The translations under genes were made by a program, and so were the position numbers. From Betaproteobacteria bacterium RIFCSPLOWO2_12_FULL_64_23 (lineage in GTDB: Bacteria; Pseudomonadota; Gammaproteobacteria; Burkholderiales; SG8-39), in NCBI GenBank assembly GCA_001770575.1, contig MERK01000166.1:1-47083 (forward strand): DNA of 47,083 nt, in the 5' to 3' direction. Of the stretch, positions 43,256-47,083 are shown piece after piece (the first letter of the stretch is position 1; each line of letters opens with the position of its first letter). Under the pieces are notes generated by a model. The model was not told the origin of the DNA and made no database searches. It saw only the letters and a program-made list of their open reading frames with translations.

Positions 43256-46200
43256 TGTTCCACCTCCTTGGGATCAGGCGCGGGCGCTGCGGCTGCCACC
43301 GCATCGCCGTTGGGGCCGGATTTACCGTCCTCGGTCACGGTACGCTGTACGCCGGCCACCTGCTCGTAAAGCCGCCAGCGCGCATCGGCATCAGACTGCG
43401 CTGTCTTCATCAACTGCTTCGCGCGCTCCGGGTCGGCCTGGACGAGCATGGCGTAGCGGCCCTCTTTCATGGTGAAACGCTCCACCGGCATGGTCGGCTT
43501 GCGCGAATCGAGCTTCAGCGGCTGACTGGCGCCGCCCATCCCTAAGCGCGGGTCGTAGTGGTACAAGGTCAGGTAGCCGCTCTTGACCGCTTCGCGCTGG
43601 TGGCTCATGCCGGTAGCCATGTCGATGCCGTGCGCGATGCATTGGCTGTAGGCGATGATCAGCGACGGCCCCGGCCAGGATGCCGCTTCCTGGAACGTGC
43701 GCACGGTGTGCATCGGGTTGGCGCCCATCGCCACCTGCGCGACGTAGACGTTGCCGTAGGCCATGGCGATCATGCCCAGATCCTTCTTGCCCGAAGACTT
43801 GCCGGCGGCGGCGAATTTCGCCACCGCGCCGCGCTGCGTGGACTTCGACGCCTGTCCGCCGGTATTGCTGTACACCTCGGTGTCGAGCACCAGGATGTTG
43901 ACGTTGCGCCCCGAAGCGAGCACGTGATCGAGGCCGCCGTAGCCGATGTCGTAGGCCCAGCCGTCGCCGCCGACGATCCACACGCTGCGCGTTATCAGGC
44001 TGTCGGCGACCGCCAGCAGTTGTTGCGCCCGCTGGGAGCCGAGCCGCGAAAGGATGGTTTTCAGCTCTTTCACGCGCTCGCGCTGCGCGCGAATCTGCTG
44101 GTCGGACTCTTGCGGTGCTTCGAGCAGCGCCGTGGACAGGCCATCGCCGATTTCCGCGTGCAGTTCGCGCACCAGCGCCTGCGCCAGGTCGCGTTGCGCG
44201 TCGAGCGCGAGGCGCATGCCCAGCCCGAACTCGGCATTGTCCTCGAACAGGCTGTTGGCCCACGCCGGTCCCTGGCCGTCGCTGTTCTGCGCCCATGGCG
44301 TGGAGGGCAGGTTGCCGCCATAGATCGACGAGCAGCCGGTGGCGTTGGCCACCAGCAGGTGATCGCCGTAGAGTTGCGACAGCAGCTTCACATAGGGGGT
44401 CTCGCCGCAGCCGGCGCAGGCGCCCGAATACTCGAACAAGGGCGTGCGCAACTGCGAGCCTTTGAGCGCGTCGATCGTGTCCCACGGCGGGCGCGTCTCG
44501 GGCAGGCTGAGGAAGAATTCGTAATTGCGCCGCTCGAGTTCGAGGTGCTCGAGCTTGGGCTCCATGTTGATCGCCTTGTGTTTGACCATTTCCTTGCTGC
44601 GCGTCGGGCAGATGTCCACGCAAATGCCGCAGCCGGTGCAGTCGTCCGGCGCCACTTGCAGGGTGTAAGCCCAGCCCTCGAGCGCGCCGGCCTCCTTGCC
44701 CCTCCAGGGCACGCTCTTGAAGCCCGCCGGCGCCCCTTTCAATTGCTCGGGCGAATAGACGTTCATGCGGATGGCCGCGTGCGGGCACATCAGCGGGCAC
44801 AGCGCGCACTGCGTGCAGATCGCGGCATCCCAGATCGGAATCTCATGGGCGATGCTGTGCTTCTCCCATTGCGAGGTCGCAGTGGGGAAGGTGCCGTCGA
44901 TCGGCAGCGCCGACACGGGCAGCAGGTCGCCCTTGCCGCCGAGCATCATCGCGGTGACGCGCTGCACGAAATCCGGCGCCGCGCGCGGCACCACCGGCCG
45001 GCGGTGCAACGCCGAGCCGGCCCGGCCGGGCACCTGCACTTCGCGCAGCGCGGCGAGCGACTGGTCGACGGCGGCAAAGTTGCGGTTCAGGACAGACTCG
45101 CCGCGCTTGCCGTAGGTCTTGCGGATCGAGTGCTTGATTTGCTCGATCGCCTCGTCGCGCGGCAGGATGCCGGAAATGGCGAAAAAACAGGCCTGGGTGA
45201 CGGTGTTGATGCGGCCCGCGAGCCCGGCTTCCTTGGCCACCGCGAGTGCGTCGACCACGAACATCTTCAGTTTCTTGTCGAGAATCTGCTCCTGCGCCTC
45301 GCGCGGGAGTTTGTCCCATACCTCGTCCGGCCCGTACGGGCTGTTCAGCAGAAAGGTGGCGCCCGGGCGCGCCAGCGCGAGTACGTCGAGCTTCTCCATG
45401 AATTCGAACTGGTGGCAGGCGACGAAATCGGCCTGGCGAATCAGGTAGGTCGATTCGATCGGCCTGGGCCCGAAGCGCAGGTGCGAAATGGTGACCGCGC
45501 CCGATTTCTTGCTGTCGTAGACGAAATAGCCTTGCGCGTGCAGCGGCGTGTTTTCGCCGATGATTTTCACCGAGTTCTTGGTCGCACCGACGGTGCCGTC
45601 CGCGCCCAGGCCGTAGAACACCGCGCAGGTGACGTCGTCGGCTTCGGTGTCGAAGCTGTCGTCCACGGCGAGCGACAGCCGCGTGACGTCGTCGACGATG
45701 CCCACGGTGAAATGACGCTTGGGCCGCTGTTGCGCGAGTTCATCCAGCGCCGCCTTGGCCATGGCCGGCGTGTACTCTTTGGAAGACAGGCCGTAACGGC
45801 CGCCGATCACGCGCGGTGTCGCCGAGTCCTGCGGCCACGCCTCGACCAGGGCGGTGACGATGTCCTGATACATGGGCTCGCCGATCGCGCCCGGCTCCTT
45901 GGTGCGGTCGAGCACGGCGATGGCGCGCACGCTGCGCGGCAGCGCCGCGATGAAGGCCTGCGTGTCGAACGGCCGGTAGAGCCGCACGGTCAAGAGGCCG
46001 ACTTTCTCGCCCCGGGCGGCCAGGGCACGGACGGCTTCGCCCGAGGCGCCGACGCCCGAACCCATCTGCACCAATACACGCTCGGCGTCGGCAGCGCCCT
46101 GGTAATCGAACAGCTTGTAGCGACGACTGGTGAGCTTGGCCAACCGGTCCATGCTTTCCTGCACGATACCCGGCACCGCCATATAGAACAGGTTGCAGGC

Positions 46201-46890
46201 TTCGCGCGCCTGGAAAAACACGTCCGGATTCTGCGCCGAGCCGCGCAGCACGGGCCGGTCCGGGTTGAGAGAGCGCGCGCGATGCGCCGTGACCAGTTCC
46301 TCGTCGATCAACTGGCGCACCTCTTCCTCGAGCAGCAGTTCCAGCCGGTTGACTTCGTGGCTGGTGCGAAAGCCGTCGAAAAAATGCATGAACGGCACGC
46401 GCGAGCGCAACGTCGCCATCTGCGCGATCATGGCCATGTCCTGCGCTTCCTGCACGCTGGCAGCGGCGAGCATGGCCCAGCCGGTCATGCGCGCCGCCAT
46501 CACGTCGCTATGGTCGCCGAAGATGGACAGCGCGTGCGTGGCCACCGTGCGCGCCGCGATGTGGAACACCGCGGGCGTGAGTTCGCCCGCGATCTTGAAC
46601 ATGTTGGGAAGCATCAACAGCAGGCCCTGCGATGCGGTGAAGGTCGTCGTGAGTGCGCCCGCTTGCAGCGAGCCGTGCACCGCGCCTGCGGCGCCGGCTT
46701 CGCTCTGCATCTCGATCACCTCTGGTATCGCTCCCCAGAGGTTCTTCTGTCCGGCTGCCGACCATGCGTCGGCAAATTCGCCCATTCCCGATGACGGCGT
46801 GATCGGATAGATCGCAATCACCTCGTTGGTGAGATGGGCGATGCGTGCAGCGGCCTCGTTGCCTTCCAGGACGGCCAAGCGTTTGCTCAT
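43252..46890 (-). CDS. nifJ: Pyruvate:ferredoxin (flavodoxin) oxidoreductase, single-polypeptide type
   Basis: This 1212-aa protein has two ferredoxin-type clusters (CTQCALCPLMCPHAAI and CTGCGICVDICP) and the TPP motif GGDGWAYDIGYGGLDH. The N-terminus IAIYPITPSS is typical of NifJ/YdbK. Confidence 0.95.
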   Translation of the reverse strand: MSKRLAVLEGNEAAARIAHLTNEVIAIYPITPSSGMGEFADAWSAAGQKNLWGAIPEVIEMQSEAGAAGAVHGSLQAGALTTTFTASQGLLLMLPNMFKIAGELTPAVFHIAARTVATHALSIFGDHSDVMAARMTGWAMLAAASVQEAQDMAMIAQMATLRSRVPFMHFFDGFRTSHEVNRLELLLEEEVRQLIDEELVTAHRARSLNPDRPVLRGSAQNPDVFFQAREACNLFYMAVPGIVQESMDRLAKLTSRRYKLFDYQGAADAERVLVQMGSGVGASGEAVRALAARGEKVGLLTVRLYRPFDTQAFIAALPRSVRAIAVLDRTKEPGAIGEPMYQDIVTALVEAWPQDSATPRVIGGRYGLSSKEYTPAMAKAALDELAQQRPKRHFTVGIVDDVTRLSLAVDDSFDTEADDVTCAVFYGLGADGTVGATKNSVKIIGENTPLHAQGYFVYDSKKSGAVTISHLRFGPRPIESTYLIRQADFVACHQFEFMEKLDVLALARPGATFLLNSPYGPDEVWDKLPREAQEQILDKKLKMFVVDALAVAKEAGLAGRINTVTQACFFAISGILPRDEAIEQIKHSIRKTYGKRGESVLNRNFAAVDQSLAALREVQVPGRAGSALHRRPVVPRAAPDFVQRVTAMMLGGKGDLLPVSALPIDGTFPTATSQWEKHSIAHEIPIWDAAICTQCALCPLMCPHAAIRMNVYSPEQLKGAPAGFKSVPWRGKEAGALEGWAYTLQVAPDDCTGCGICVDICPTRSKEMVKHKAINMEPKLEHLELERRNYEFFLSLPETRPPWDTIDALKGSQLRTPLFEYSGACAGCGETPYVKLLSQLYGDHLLVANATGCSSIYGGNLPSTPWAQNSDGQGPAWANSLFEDNAEFGLGMRLALDAQRDLAQALVRELHAEIGDGLSTALLEAPQESDQQIRAQRERVKELKTILSRLGSQRAQQLLAVADSLITRSVWIVGGDGWAYDIGYGGLDHVLASGRNVNILVLDTEVYSNTGGQASKSTQRGAVAKFAAAGKSSGKKDLGMIAMAYGNVYVAQVAMGANPMHTVRTFQEAASWPGPSLIIAYSQCIAHGIDMATGMSHQREAVKSGYLTLYHYDPRLGMGGASQPLKLDSRKPTMPVERFTMKEGRYAMLVQADPERAKQLMKTAQSDADARWRLYEQVAGVQRTVTEDGKSGPNGDAVAAAAPAPDPKEVEQ

Positions 46891-46935
46891 GGTTTCCTTT
46901 CGATCGTTTTTCCGGACCTTGCTGCGTCGGTGTCG

Positions 46936-47083
46936 CTACAAAAGTCCGGCCTTGCCGGCCTTCCAGCGCTCATATTCGGTGCTCAGCAATGCCACATGTT
47001 CGCGCTCTTCGGCGGCGAGTTCTTGGTACAGATCCCGCTCGATCGAGCCCTCTGGGGCCTGGGTGCCGTGCTGGCTGAAAAAC
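46936..47083 (-). CDS. Rubrerythrin/ferritin-like diiron protein, C-terminal fragment (the 5' end lies outside the window)
   Basis: The reverse strand reads ...FFSQHGTQAPEGSIERDLYQELAAEEREHVALLSTEYERWKAGKAGLL* and carries an E-x-x-H diiron motif. The stop is at 46936-46938. Confidence 0.55.
   Translation of the reverse strand, partial: FFSQHGTQAPEGSIERDLYQELAAEEREHVALLSTEYERWKAGKAGLL

Noticed and set aside
43558-46794. 1078-aa plus-strand ORF
   Set aside because: It is antisense to the PFOR gene. Its length follows from GC-rich codon bias, and it has no motifs.

Overview
This is a GC-rich, almost fully coding chromosomal core segment. Its gene order is typical of Betaproteobacteria. The genes run: srkA, a stand-alone mlaF, a CBS protein, a Tat-type amidohydrolase, DUF169 and aroC. 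Next comes an HcaT-like MFS transporter. A long plus-strand block follows: leuC-ecn-leuD-leuB-asd-fimV-truA-trpF-trpB-[orphan DNA methyltransferase]-trpA-accD-folC-dedD-cvpA-purF, then metZ. On the minus strand are lpxH-ppiB-ppiA-ldt-TPR, followed by cysS. The heat-shock block dnaJ-dnaK-grpE-hemH-hrcA lies on the minus strand, divergent from nadK-recN. The window ends with a small membrane protein, tRNA-Val(GAC), a dctM remnant, and a rubrerythrin-like/PFOR/DHOD-like cluster. I found no prophage, CRISPR array, defence island or convincing new multi-gene system, and most of the window is ordinary housekeeping synteny. The non-ordinary signals are mostly non-coding:

1. A roughly 185-bp triple-hairpin intergenic repeat occurs three times. 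Each copy is co-oriented with local transcription and shows compensatory and G-U changes, which suggests an RNA-level role.
2. Two different nested-palindrome MITE-like elements are each bracketed by CTAG and sit exactly on the TAG stop codon of a neighbouring gene.
3. The metZ leader ends in a strong intrinsic terminator only 14 nt before the start codon, so it is an attenuator or riboswitch candidate.
4. An orphan beta-class DNA methyltransferase is embedded between trpB and trpA.
5. A perfect twin-arginine signal is encoded upstream of any canonical start codon of the amidohydrolase gene.
6. The 5' end of leuD is duplicated over 49 bp.
7. A truncated, nonsense-bearing dctM fragment lies next to tRNA-Val.

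All functional calls rest on motif and homology recognition by eye. No database search was run.
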